Source of the DNA: a virus | Taxonomy: Duplodnaviria > Heunggongvirae > Uroviricota > Caudoviricetes | DNA length: 64,000 bases | IMG/VR virus record: IMGVR_UViG_2675903278_000002 | Reading direction: 5' to 3' (one strand) | In this document: piece after piece, positions 29,301 through 37,711 of the stretch | How the letters are laid out: each line of letters opens with the position of its first letter | Numbering within the stretch: position 1 is the first letter of the stretch | Position numbers and translations under genes: made by a program | The notes under the pieces: model-generated | What the model was told of the DNA's origin: nothing | The model's database searches: none | Seen by the model: only the letters and a program-made list of their open reading frames with translations

Positions 29301-29318
29301 ATAACAATTTGTTTTCTG
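29301..29318 (+). promoter_or_regulatory. class-A palindromic motif
   Basis: ATAACAATTTGTTTTCTG, same variant as at ~24678. Confidence 0.6.
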
Positions 29319-29373
29319 CCTTATCTGATTTGTGAAAATGATTTCACTGAAGCAACTTAATAAGGAAACCATC

Positions 29374-29748
29374 ATGGGACTTGATATCTATATCGAGACA
29401 CAGCCTAAAAACGATCTGAATAACGAGGCATCCAGAAAGCAGGTTGCTTACTTCCGTAAGTTCAATGCGCTCGTTGGGTGGATGGAGCGCAACGTAGGTG
29501 AAGTCGAAAATTGTGAGCTTTTAGAATTAACGATGAATGACATTTGTTTTCTGAAGGCTCATTTGATGCACATAAACGAAAGTAATTGCGAAGAGTACTT
29601 GCCTACCCGGGAAGGTTTTTTCTTCGGCAGTCAGGAGTACGATGAAGGTTACTGGCATGATGTGGGGCAGTTGAAAGAGCTTGTGGAAGATCTGATTAAG
29701 AACCACGACTTTCACAATAACAGACTGACCTTCTGCGCCTGGTGGTAA
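29374..29748 (+). CDS. hypothetical protein
   Basis: ~124 aa from ATG 29374 (AAGGAAACC upstream), in frame with track ORF 29332. Confidence 0.6.
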   Translation: MGLDIYIETQPKNDLNNEASRKQVAYFRKFNALVGWMERNVGEVENCELLELTMNDICFLKAHLMHINESNCEEYLPTREGFFFGSQEYDEGYWHDVGQLKELVEDLIKNHDFHNNRLTFCAWW

Positions 29749-29750
29749 AT

Positions 29751-29894
29751 ATGGGCGATTTCAAGAAACGCCTGAAGGAAAGAGCCGAGATGGTCAGAAA
29801 GCAAAACGCCTCTTCTGTCATCAGATACGCAAGGCAGTTTAGTCGCAACAACAAATCAGTTGAGGAAAAGATCCTTAGCGTAATCGGTCGATAA
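29751..29894 (+). CDS. hypothetical small basic protein (47 aa)
   Basis: ATG 2 nt after previous stop; product MGDFKKRLKERAEMVRKQ...; below track cutoff. Confidence 0.35.
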   Translation: MGDFKKRLKERAEMVRKQNASSVIRYARQFSRNNKSVEEKILSVIGR

Positions 29895-29900
29895 TTATTA

Positions 29901-29925
29901 AGGCCACCAGCATTGGTGGTCTTAA
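29901..29925 (+). terminator. terminator-like hairpin (GGCCACCA...TGGTGG family)
   Basis: AAGGCCACCAGCATTGGTGGTCTT; near-identical hairpin at ~30373. Confidence 0.55.
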
Positions 29926-30049
29926 ATGACTTTTAATAACCGAAGGTTAGTTTGAAACCTGGCTATCAACTTCCAGAACCTTTCTTGTGTATTCAGCCTG
30001 TATTAACTTCTTTTATGCCTTATCTACACTGCGATAATTACACCAACAA

Positions 30050-30067
30050 GAAAACAACATGTTTACG
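30050..30067 (+). promoter_or_regulatory. class-A palindromic motif
   Basis: AGAAAACAACATGTTTAC preceded by GCGATAATTACACCAACAAG box. Confidence 0.6.
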
Positions 30068-30077
30068 CAGTGAGGAT

Positions 30078-30365
30078 ATGCTCATGACTGATTTCACCAT
30101 TACCCCTAAAGCACAAAATGTATTTCTTGAATCATGGCTGGACTTGCCGGAAACAGAACAGCAAGAAATGGATCATGTGGATTATGACGAGCAGGTAAGC
30201 ACGCGATTCTTCCACTTTGAGGGATGCGTTTACGACATTGCTGACTTCATGCGAGATGACCGCTTCCCTGAATGGCACGCCAGTTATCCACTAAACGCCT
30301 TTGCCATGCTGATGATCCGTGTGGATGATTCAGGGGATACCATCGACATCGGTCTGCTCCACTAA
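30078..30365 (+). CDS. hypothetical small acidic protein
   Basis: ~95 aa from ATG 30078 (GTGAGGAT upstream), in frame with track ORF 29952. Confidence 0.55.
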   Translation: MLMTDFTITPKAQNVFLESWLDLPETEQQEMDHVDYDEQVSTRFFHFEGCVYDIADFMRDDRFPEWHASYPLNAFAMLMIRVDDSGDTIDIGLLH

Positions 30366-30370
30366 AGATT

Positions 30371-30396
30371 AAGGCCACCAATGCTGGTGGCCTTAA
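30371..30396 (+). terminator. terminator-like hairpin
   Basis: AAGGCCACCA-ATGC-TGGTGGCCTT, perfect 8-bp stem, then AAATG. Confidence 0.55.
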
Positions 30397-30534
30397 ATGA
30401 CCATCCTGTTTCCCGCAGGCTAAAAACACCAACCTCTTACCTCCAGGCAACCGACAAACCCACCTGTTCCCGTCCGGCTACCGCAACTTTCCACTTTGAC
30501 GCCTTATTCGTACAACGATAATTAACACCAACAA

Positions 30535-30555
30535 GAAAACAATTTGTTATTTACG
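30535..30555 (+). promoter_or_regulatory. class-A palindromic motif
   Basis: AGAAAACAATTTGTTATTTAC preceded by ACGATAATTAACACCAACAAG box. Confidence 0.6.
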
Positions 30556-30569
30556 ATAAGGAATTAATC

Positions 30570-31052
30570 ATGAATTTTATCGCTACTGTAAACGCACCCG
30601 CACATGGCAATATCGCTGTAACGTTCTCTGACATTGAAAAACGAGTACTTGGTGCATGGCGCGACAATGAGACGGTAGAACTGTCAGCACAAGAAAAATG
30701 CATTATTGCACGCGACATCATTGGCAATCGTCGTTACTCGCGGGTATTTGAGAAAGCGTATGTGGTAAATTCTGGGTTCGGAACGTTCGTCTTTCCGGTG
30801 CGCTCCGGGCGATTCTGCCAGTCCAAGCTGATTGAGTTCGCTACGCAGATTTCTGTCTGGATTAAAACTCAATCGTCGTTCAAATTTTCCGACGATGAAG
30901 CAGTATCGCAGGGGATGCGGATCGCCAACAATGCGATTAAATGCAAAAACATTACGTATACCGCTGGCGTTGATACATGGAAACTGTTTTGCGCTAACTT
31001 TATGCTGAATGTATACGCAAGCAACCGCATCCACATCCTTGATGGCGTGTAA
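30570..31052 (+). CDS. hypothetical protein
   Basis: 160 aa; RBS AAGGAATTAATC; hairpin terminator follows. Confidence 0.65.
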   Translation: MNFIATVNAPAHGNIAVTFSDIEKRVLGAWRDNETVELSAQEKCIIARDIIGNRRYSRVFEKAYVVNSGFGTFVFPVRSGRFCQSKLIEFATQISVWIKTQSSFKFSDDEAVSQGMRIANNAIKCKNITYTAGVDTWKLFCANFMLNVYASNRIHILDGV

Positions 31053-31055
31053 CTG

Positions 31056-31083
31056 AGAAGAGGGCCAGAAACGGCCCTTTCTC
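31056..31083 (+). terminator. rho-independent terminator
   Basis: AGGGCC-AGAAAC-GGCCCT hairpin followed by TTCTC. Confidence 0.7.
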
Positions 31084-31084
31084 T

Positions 31085-31260
31085 ATAGCCACCAGCTGCC
31101 GCAGGGAAATTTTCAGAAACGGCGAGGAACGTATTCATAAGCCGACGGGAAACGGCCAGGATTTTTTCGGGAAACGGCTGCATTCGCCTTTATGTAGAAA
31201 AAAACATCGGGAAGCTGGTGGAATCCAACCAGCGGTTGTCGGACAGGCGAGCGGGGAAAA
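31085..31260. repeat. second array of GGGAAACGG-like iterated repeats
   Basis: GCAGGGAAATT, CAGAAACGGCG, GACGGGAAACGGCC, TCGGGAAACGGCTG, ATCGGGAAGCTGG, GCGGGGAAAATT; begins with CTCTATAGCC box also seen after the terminator at ~28303. Confidence 0.6.
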
Positions 31261-31289
31261 TTATGATGACTTTCGTCGCCTGAGACATC

Positions 31290-31360
31290 CAGATTTCTTT
31301 CGTAGCATAATCACATACGTGATTAAGTGGTGTGATTATGTGAAAAATCACGCGCACATA
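31290..31360. promoter_or_regulatory. cluster of TCACA/TGTGA half-site palindromes
   Basis: AATCACATACGTGATT, GTGTGATTATGTGA, AATCACGCGCACATAAT within ~70 nt of AT-rich non-coding DNA. Confidence 0.35.
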
Positions 31361-31635
31361 ATACGCGAGCGGATACGGAACAAAACAAAATGCCGATCCG
31401 CGCCGACAAATAAACGCGGATCACATAGCAAGAATAAAAGCCAATGATTAGCCATACGTTATAGCGCAATATAACGCATTTTAAGCGCGTTAATGTGCTA
31501 AGTAATGGGTATGTACTGGTAAGGATATAAAAGCGCGTCTATGGCGTTATTTTGGCGCTTATTTTTATGTTGTTGGAGTGAGTTAAAGACAATAAAAAAC
31601 GCGCCATCATTGGCGCGCTATGGTGGGAGTATTGG

Positions 31636-31662
31636 AAACGAAAAAAGCGCCCATAGTGGGCG
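31636..31662 (-). terminator. rho-independent terminator for minus-strand cassette
   Basis: AAGCGCCCATAGTGGGCGCT hairpin with A-run on + strand; same 20-nt hairpin in inverse orientation at ~32139. Confidence 0.65.
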
Positions 31663-31669
31663 CTCGATT

Positions 31670-31900
31670 TTATTTGTGTAAACTGATTTTAAATCCCATT
31701 TCTACAAACGCTTTTAACATTAAAAATATATCAGCGTCGTTGATTCCAATATCCGAACGCTCAATATCATTTAATAAATCAATTTTACGCGTTGTTTCAT
31801 CGATAAACTCGACTGAGCGCCCAGCGTAACCAGCGATCCCAGCGATGCGATTAACAAAATATTCATTGCGCACGTTAACGCCAGCGATAAGAACAAACAT
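31670..31900 (-). CDS. hypothetical small protein
   Basis: 76 aa; minus-strand AAGGAG RBS 7 nt before ATG; AT-richer than flanking DNA by eye. Confidence 0.55.
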   Translation of the reverse strand: MFVLIAGVNVRNEYFVNRIAGIAGYAGRSVEFIDETTRKIDLLNDIERSDIGINDADIFLMLKAFVEMGFKISLHK

Positions 31901-31921
31901 GATAAAGCTCCTTAAAAAAAA

Positions 31922-32125
31922 TTAAATAGAATTTTGAAGTTTTCCGATTAATGCGCTTAAACGTAAGTATTCACGTTTGCGCTTGCAATCTCGCTTGCTG
32001 TTGAGCAAATCAGAAAACGTAAAATTTAATTGGTCGCGTTGCGCGATCAAATCATCGATTAATTCCAGTTTATAAGCGCGATACTTTGCGCGATATTCCG
32101 CGCGGATCTTGTCATAGCTGACCAT
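31922..32125 (-). CDS. hypothetical small basic protein
   Basis: ~67 aa from internal Met (MVSYDKIRAEY...) of track ORF 31922..32170, with AAGGAG RBS. Confidence 0.5.
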   Translation of the reverse strand: MVSYDKIRAEYRAKYRAYKLELIDDLIAQRDQLNFTFSDLLNSKRDCKRKREYLRLSALIGKLQNSI

Positions 32126-32138
32126 TTTTAAAGCTCCT

Positions 32139-32162
32139 TTAAAGCGCCCACTATGGGCGCTT
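32139..32162 (-). terminator. intercistronic hairpin (attenuator-like)
   Basis: AAGCGCCCACTATGGGCGCTT between the 216-aa gene stop and the next RBS. Confidence 0.5.
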
Positions 32163-32173
32163 GATTCCATTAA

Positions 32174-32824
32174 TTACGCTTTGAAAGCATCAGCTAAATA
32201 ATTGTAGAAATCATTTTTAATGAAGCGATATTGCTGAGTACCAGCTTTCGCGCTCCCAGCTCCTTTGACTTTTTCAACAAGTCCAAGACGTTCGCAAAGA
32301 TTGATCAACTGGTTGGCTTGAGTATAGCCAGCGTCCAATTTAATTTCGCACGCTTTTTTCGCTTCATTCATTAAATCGAAAACAGCGCCATTGGTGAACG
32401 TGTCGATCTCGTCGTTAATCATATCGATTAATGCGAATACACGAGATCCGGACATATCAGCGACGGAATAAACACACTTTCCAGCTTTAATGGATTTAAC
32501 CAGATAAACCAGTTTTTCCAGAGAATAACTATTAGTCATTGCATCACGGAAAAATACTTCTGGCGCTTGTTTGCTTGCTTTGATCGCATAGTAGAAAACA
32601 GAGCACAATTTTTCGTCTTCTACAGCGTTTACAACGTTGTTGATGAAGTAAGCAAGTTTAGTGGTTGCAGCTTGCATATTTGCTTTGTCTGCTTTGGTGT
32701 GCGTGCCATTTTTATAATGTTCGTTATATGTTTGAGTTGCCAGATCTGCTTTTTCGCGCAGTTCATCGGATACAATGGAAGCAGCTTCAATGATGGATTT
32801 TTTAGAAATGATAATGTTAGCCAT
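32174..32824 (-). CDS. hypothetical protein (216 aa)
   Basis: Long minus-strand ORF, AT-richer by eye, AT-rich promoter-like region upstream (32825-33070); no recognisable domain. Confidence 0.7.
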   Translation of the reverse strand: MANIIISKKSIIEAASIVSDELREKADLATQTYNEHYKNGTHTKADKANMQAATTKLAYFINNVVNAVEDEKLCSVFYYAIKASKQAPEVFFRDAMTNSYSLEKLVYLVKSIKAGKCVYSVADMSGSRVFALIDMINDEIDTFTNGAVFDLMNEAKKACEIKLDAGYTQANQLINLCERLGLVEKVKGAGSAKAGTQQYRFIKNDFYNYLADAFKA

Positions 32825-33069
32825 GATAATTTTTCCTTATGTAAATTTAAAATTTATTGTCGTTAGCGTCTTCGCTTTCGACGAGTTCAATTATCGATAT
32901 GCGAAAAAAGATTGCAAGTGTTTTTTTTAAATTTTTTGCAGGGATGAAAGTCCTAGAAATAAAAGCGAGATCGTCGAAGGTGTTCCCTAAATAAATAATT
33001 GATTGCGGCTTTAGACCTTATATATATTTAGGTTATTTGATTTGTAGATATAAAGAAGTGATGTGAAAA

Positions 33070-33098
33070 ATAATAACCGGACTTAGCCGGTTATTAAC
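33070..33098. terminator. bidirectional hairpin terminator
   Basis: AATAACCGG-ACTTAG-CCGGTTATT between the two minus-strand cassettes. Confidence 0.6.
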
Positions 33099-33107
33099 CT
33101 TATAGAT

Positions 33108-33416
33108 TTATTGAACAGACTCTACAGCCTTACGATTGGTGTCAAATAGCGCATCAACGAACTGTGCCGATGACTCGCTAGATTCGCAATCCAACATTGC
33201 CCGTTCTTCATTTGCCACTTTCTTACACAGTTCCACATTCTCACCTATCGCTTTTCCTGCTTTTACGGCTGCCGAAAATTGATACATGCAAACTGATACA
33301 TTCTGAGACGTTGAGCACACGTCATTCATCAGCGACTGAATGACAGGCTTATAGTCCATTGCATTTGCCGCAACTGAGCAAAGTAAAAATAATGGTGGTA
33401 ACAATATCGATTTCAT
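33108..33416 (-). CDS. putative secreted/periplasmic small protein
   Basis: 102 aa; N-terminal signal peptide MKSILLPPLFLLCSVAANA; several Cys. Confidence 0.6.
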   Translation of the reverse strand: MKSILLPPLFLLCSVAANAMDYKPVIQSLMNDVCSTSQNVSVCMYQFSAAVKAGKAIGENVELCKKVANEERAMLDCESSESSAQFVDALFDTNRKAVESVQ

Positions 33417-33419
33417 AAC

Positions 33420-33944
33420 TCAAAAAGGCAAAATTCGTTCAACCCAATCGAACAAAACAACTATTTTTCTACCGTTCTCGACACGTAGTGTAACCTGACA
33501 AGCATCTGCGCCTGCTGACACCCCCTCAATTTCACGGCCATCCGCCATGTACACCCTTATAGATTTGTTTGCTTTGTAGGCTTGGTTGCAAATTGCAAAA
33601 AAATCGCGGCGTGATGGCCGATTATCGACATAATCAGGGTGAACTGTTAGTCGACCTTTGAAATCGTGAGCGATACTGTCAACCACACCTGATTCAATTG
33701 TACTAATGCGTTCAAGTGGGAGCCTTATACGATTTTCTTTGTCAAAAGGGGCTGGGCAAAGGTCAACTTTGTTACGAGATGGCATGAGGCCATAAACGTA
33801 CATGCAAAACGCCTGGCCATCTTCGAGAGTGACCCTTACAGGAATTTGTTCTCTGCGCCAGAACATCAGTAGTTTTTCAACGTTAGTGTAATCTCGCGGC
33901 CAGAGTTCAGCTTGGATACCGTAGGTAATATCTTTGGTTGTCAT
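33420..33944 (-). CDS. hypothetical protein
   Basis: ~174 aa from internal Met (MTTKDITYG...) of track ORF 33420..34022; ATG 1 nt after the upstream lipoprotein gene stop. Confidence 0.55.
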   Translation of the reverse strand: MTTKDITYGIQAELWPRDYTNVEKLLMFWRREQIPVRVTLEDGQAFCMYVYGLMPSRNKVDLCPAPFDKENRIRLPLERISTIESGVVDSIAHDFKGRLTVHPDYVDNRPSRRDFFAICNQAYKANKSIRVYMADGREIEGVSAGADACQVTLRVENGRKIVVLFDWVERILPF

Positions 33945-33948
33945 ATCA

Positions 33949-34371
33949 TCACAGAGTTGTTGGCAGAATGTCGATGTCACCAGAATTGCTGGTAAACACC
34001 CTGAACGCTTTTGTGTCTCCATTCTTCAGAGTCGTTTCTCGCTCTTGACGAGCGGGGTTTAGAGCACATAAACCTGCACCTTCAAGAGATGCACCCACAA
34101 TTAATTCTCCGGCATTTAAATGGAAAGTCGCTTTTTCGCCTGTAGCCAGTTTTGCGACAGTTTCGCCGTTGATGAAAATGGAAGCATCACATCCAGCTCC
34201 TACAAAACCTGTGTCTCTCATTACCACCAACGTAGCTGGCGCTGCGCTTTGATACTTGAACACTTTGGCCTGCGGTGCTGGTTTGGCGTCATGGATTGAT
34301 ATTGGGTGTGATTGGCACGCGGCAAGCATCAACACTGGTAACGTTAGTAGAGGGAGAAGCGAGTATTTCAT
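33949..34371 (-). CDS. putative lipoprotein (candidate superinfection-exclusion protein)
   Basis: ~140 aa from internal Met (MKYSLLPLLTLPVLMLAACQ...); lipobox LAAC; function inferred by analogy. Confidence 0.6.
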   Translation of the reverse strand: MKYSLLPLLTLPVLMLAACQSHPISIHDAKPAPQAKVFKYQSAAPATLVVMRDTGFVGAGCDASIFINGETVAKLATGEKATFHLNAGELIVGASLEGAGLCALNPARQERETTLKNGDTKAFRVFTSNSGDIDILPTTL

Positions 34372-34439
34372 GATAGTTTTAGAACAGAAAGTGAACAGTA
34401 TGGGAGACTTCATCTTTGTCTCCCTAATTGATAGCGTGA

Positions 34440-34718
34440 TTATTTTAATCTGCTTAATAGCGTTTCGAGATCTTCCTTTGTCATATTAGAGTTCTCATAG
34501 ATACGCATGATTTTCTCACGAGTCTTAGCGGAAGCCCCGACAGAAGATATAACCTTGTCAAAGTCGGCCATTGTCAATTGTTCCAGAATGGTATTTATGA
34601 CTTCAGCCTTAGACATTTTGATATTTTTTTCTTTTAGTTTCACTTGAAACTTTCCAAGTTTGTCATTGGCCTTATCAGACAATGCTACCTGACAGTAAGT
34701 TGTTTTCTTTTCACTCAT
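34440..34718 (-). CDS. hypothetical protein
   Basis: 92 aa ORF immediately downstream of the helicase gene on the minus strand. Confidence 0.55.
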   Translation of the reverse strand: MSEKKTTYCQVALSDKANDKLGKFQVKLKEKNIKMSKAEVINTILEQLTMADFDKVISSVGASAKTREKIMRIYENSNMTKEDLETLLSRLK

Positions 34719-34720
34719 AA

Positions 34721-36280
34721 CTAATCTCGTTTCAGAACTCCAAAATCGAATGCTCCATCAATAGGCAATACACCTTCTGCAAAGCCAGGTGTGGTGTCGA
34801 TGATGTGTTTTCGCTCATAAGAGTGAGACAACAGGTATTTGTTGCTAATGTCAATGAAATCAGTGATAAAACACACGTTTGCCTGATTTTTTTTGGCTCG
34901 TAAGCCACGACCGACACGCTGCCTCATTTCAACTTCTGCTTTTCCACCACCAGCCAGAATGACCGCACCAACGCTTGGCACATCAACACCGACATCCAGA
35001 ATAGTCGAGCCTATTAAAACATCTATTTCGCCAGACGCTAAACTGTTCAGCTTTGCTTGCCTTGTCGCCTGGTTCGATTCCCCATAGATGAAGTCAACTT
35101 TAAGACCTGACTCCTTCATCATCTCCATCAGGATTTGCCCGTGGCGTTTAAGACGAACCAGAGTCATGCAATTGAGAGAATGTTGCTTATAGAGCAATGC
35201 TTCGCGCACAATGGCCTCGTTACGTCCCAAATTATACACGATCCCCAACTGATAAGCCTTTTGGTAGGCTGTGCTCATACCTACTCTAAAATTAAGGTGT
35301 TTGTTGGCAAGTTCCGCCTTGATTCTGACCTCGTCTGGCTTGTAAGCAACTTTATGATAAAGGAAGTACGGTTTTGCCAGAATGCCTCGATCAATCAGGT
35401 ACTTTTCTGTGACTTTAATTTCAATTCGACCGGCCACAGCCATCAGACGCATGTTGGCTTCTGTAGAATCCTTCATGAACGGCGTGGCCGTAAGCGCCAG
35501 ACGATAGTCTGCGTTCACACATAATCTGGCAATGTCATAGAAATTAGAGCCTGAAGACTCATGCGCTTCTTCCAGAATAAGCAGAGACACACTTGAAAGG
35601 AAGCGTTTCACCAACTCCCGACGTTTGAGGTGGTAGCTTTTCTTATCTGGTGTTGCATCGCGTGGTGGTTCTTCGAGGAAACTTGCAAGAGTTTGAACTG
35701 TAGCGACGTTGATATGTCGTGATACCTGGAACTCACCCGAGCCAATGACTCCAACCTTTTGGTCTTTTAACCACGGTTCGCCATTTTCGGCGCGGTAGTC
35801 GATGGATCTCTGGAAGTTTTCGGCCATTTGAAACATCAGAACAGAGCGGGTTGTTAAAAATAATGTCATTCGACCGATACGTGCAGCTGCTTTGCAGGCA
35901 ACGTTAGATTTCCCGCCACCAGTAGCGATCTGCGCAATCATCATTCCCTCTCGAACCAGTGTTTCCACAGTCTGATCCTGATACGCATAATCAGGATTGT
36001 ATGGGAATGGGTTAACCGCCGGATTTGGTTTACCAAGCGCCGGGGCTTTGTCTTTGCGGATATGAACACATTTGATGCCCGCCTTGTTCAAGTTCGCCGC
36101 TACAGGCTTGGCAAAGCCAGCAGGGAACGAGTTTTTACTCCAGTTGAACATCGTGCTTGTGCCCTTCCAGTCGCCAGTCTCGACTTCGTAGCTCAACATT
36201 TGCTGCACCAGTTGCTTTACCTTGTCATCTGCGCCAGAAATAAGCGCATTTACTGCGTTAGATACAATCCGAACAGTCAT
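34721..36280 (-). CDS. SF2 DNA/RNA helicase (DEAD/DEAH-like)
   Basis: 519 aa; Walker A IATGGGKS, motif II LILEEAHE, C-terminal domain with QRVGRGLR arginine finger. Confidence 0.88.
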   Translation of the reverse strand: MTVRIVSNAVNALISGADDKVKQLVQQMLSYEVETGDWKGTSTMFNWSKNSFPAGFAKPVAANLNKAGIKCVHIRKDKAPALGKPNPAVNPFPYNPDYAYQDQTVETLVREGMMIAQIATGGGKSNVACKAAARIGRMTLFLTTRSVLMFQMAENFQRSIDYRAENGEPWLKDQKVGVIGSGEFQVSRHINVATVQTLASFLEEPPRDATPDKKSYHLKRRELVKRFLSSVSLLILEEAHESSGSNFYDIARLCVNADYRLALTATPFMKDSTEANMRLMAVAGRIEIKVTEKYLIDRGILAKPYFLYHKVAYKPDEVRIKAELANKHLNFRVGMSTAYQKAYQLGIVYNLGRNEAIVREALLYKQHSLNCMTLVRLKRHGQILMEMMKESGLKVDFIYGESNQATRQAKLNSLASGEIDVLIGSTILDVGVDVPSVGAVILAGGGKAEVEMRQRVGRGLRAKKNQANVCFITDFIDISNKYLLSHSYERKHIIDTTPGFAEGVLPIDGAFDFGVLKRD

Positions 36281-36322
36281 AAACCTCTTTCCTTAGTGCC
36301 TTTTGTATGTTATTTGGCTATT

Positions 36323-36347
36323 ATAATAAGTAAGTGATTACTTAGTG
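36323..36347. repeat. class-B palindrome in divergent intergenic region
   Basis: TAATAAGTAAGTGATTACTTAGTGG between helicase (-) and ParB-like (+) starts; overlaps a TATAAT hexamer. Confidence 0.55.
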
Positions 36348-37043
36348 GATTGTAGCAATAAAATGGATGTAAAAATCACGATTTTGCAGGTTGATGTTGC
36401 CAACCTTCGCCCGAATACCTGGAACACCAATTCGGTTGGTGCGCAGAATTTTGAAAAACTGAAAGGTTCTATCGAAAAATTGGGCTTTTTTAAGCCAATT
36501 TTGGCTCGTGAACTTGAAGATGGATTTTTTGAAATCCTCGGCGGTGAACATCGCTGGCGTGCTGCTATTGAGCAAGGAATTTCAACGGTTCCGGTGCTTT
36601 CTGTGGGCAAAATTAGCGATGTCGTAGCTAAACAGATGTCACTGGTGGACAACGAGCGATACGGTGAAGACGACCAAATCGCATTGCAACGCTTCATTGA
36701 AGAAATTCAGTCAGAACTTGACTATCAACTGTCTGAAATCGCCCCGTATGACGACGAAATCTCGATGGTTTTAGCAAAAGAGGCGGCAATCGACCTTGAA
36801 GCACTGGAGGCGTTGTCTCGTGGTAGTGATGAGCCTGTCGATACCGACAAACGAGAGAAAACCGAACGTGTGGGTGCGGAACATCAGACCATGCGCTTCA
36901 AAGTAACTTTCGATGCGTCAGATCGTGTTGCAGAAACCATAAAAAACATCATCAAAGAGCAGGCTATTAACACCGGTAATGAAATGGAGAACGCTGGTGA
37001 GGCTCTGGTGTGGCTGGTCGACTACTACAAGGAGCGTATGTAA
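36345..37043 (+). CDS. ParB-like nuclease domain protein
   Basis: 232 aa; ParB/Srx-like N-terminal motif FEILGGEHRWRAA; track start is GTG 36345, ATG at 36363 also possible. Confidence 0.8.
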   Translation: MDCSNKMDVKITILQVDVANLRPNTWNTNSVGAQNFEKLKGSIEKLGFFKPILARELEDGFFEILGGEHRWRAAIEQGISTVPVLSVGKISDVVAKQMSLVDNERYGEDDQIALQRFIEEIQSELDYQLSEIAPYDDEISMVLAKEAAIDLEALEALSRGSDEPVDTDKREKTERVGAEHQTMRFKVTFDASDRVAETIKNIIKEQAINTGNEMENAGEALVWLVDYYKERM

Positions 37044-37711
37044 TGACCAAAAAGTTTGAAATCGTATATCGCGACCCGGCAGATCTTATTCCCTATGAGA
37101 TGAATGCCAAAAAGCATGATGAACAGCAGATCAGAGATTTGGCCGCAGCCATTAAAAAGCGCGGATTTGACCAGCCAATTACGGTCGATAAGAACGACGT
37201 AATTATTACTGGCCACGGCCGCCGTGAGGCTGCAATTTTTGCTGGACTTGAGCGCGTACCGGTTATTGTTCGTGATGATCTGAGTGATGACGAGGTTCGT
37301 GCGAAGCGCCTTGAAGATAACCGACTTGCCAGCATTGATTACGATGCAATTAAGCTACAGAAAGAGCTTGAGTCGCTTGTTCTGGACGATATTGAGGTTT
37401 TCGGCTTTGAAGAGCGTGAGTTGAATGTTCTCGTTGGCAGTATGACAGAAGAAATGGACACCGACTCGCTAGTTATCGATCTTGGCGAAGAAACTAAACG
37501 ACAGAAGGATGAACACACCGAGATCAGTCGTGAAGTTGCAGCGGAAGAAGTACGTGTTGTCGACGTATTGGGCTTTAAAACGCTCCCTGCTGGCTCTGCC
37601 ATTGTTGTTGGTGATTTGCTTGCCCATATGGAAGAAATGACGGGAGAAAGCGGGGTAGACGCATTTGTGGCATATGCGGAGAAGATCTCTTCCGGGGAGA
37701 TGGCTGCATGA
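37043..37711 (+). CDS. ParB-like nuclease domain protein (second paralogue)
   Basis: ~222 aa from ATG overlapping previous stop; ParB-like ITGHGRREAA; acidic C-terminal half. Confidence 0.8.
   Translation: MTKKFEIVYRDPADLIPYEMNAKKHDEQQIRDLAAAIKKRGFDQPITVDKNDVIITGHGRREAAIFAGLERVPVIVRDDLSDDEVRAKRLEDNRLASIDYDAIKLQKELESLVLDDIEVFGFEERELNVLVGSMTEEMDTDSLVIDLGEETKRQKDEHTEISREVAAEEVRVVDVLGFKTLPAGSAIVVGDLLAHMEEMTGESGVDAFVAYAEKISSGEMAA

Noticed and set aside
31620-31829. 69-aa + strand ORF overlapping the minus-strand 76-aa gene
   Set aside because: The minus-strand gene has a strong AAGGAG RBS and a terminator; the + strand ORF has no RBS and starts inside a terminator hairpin.
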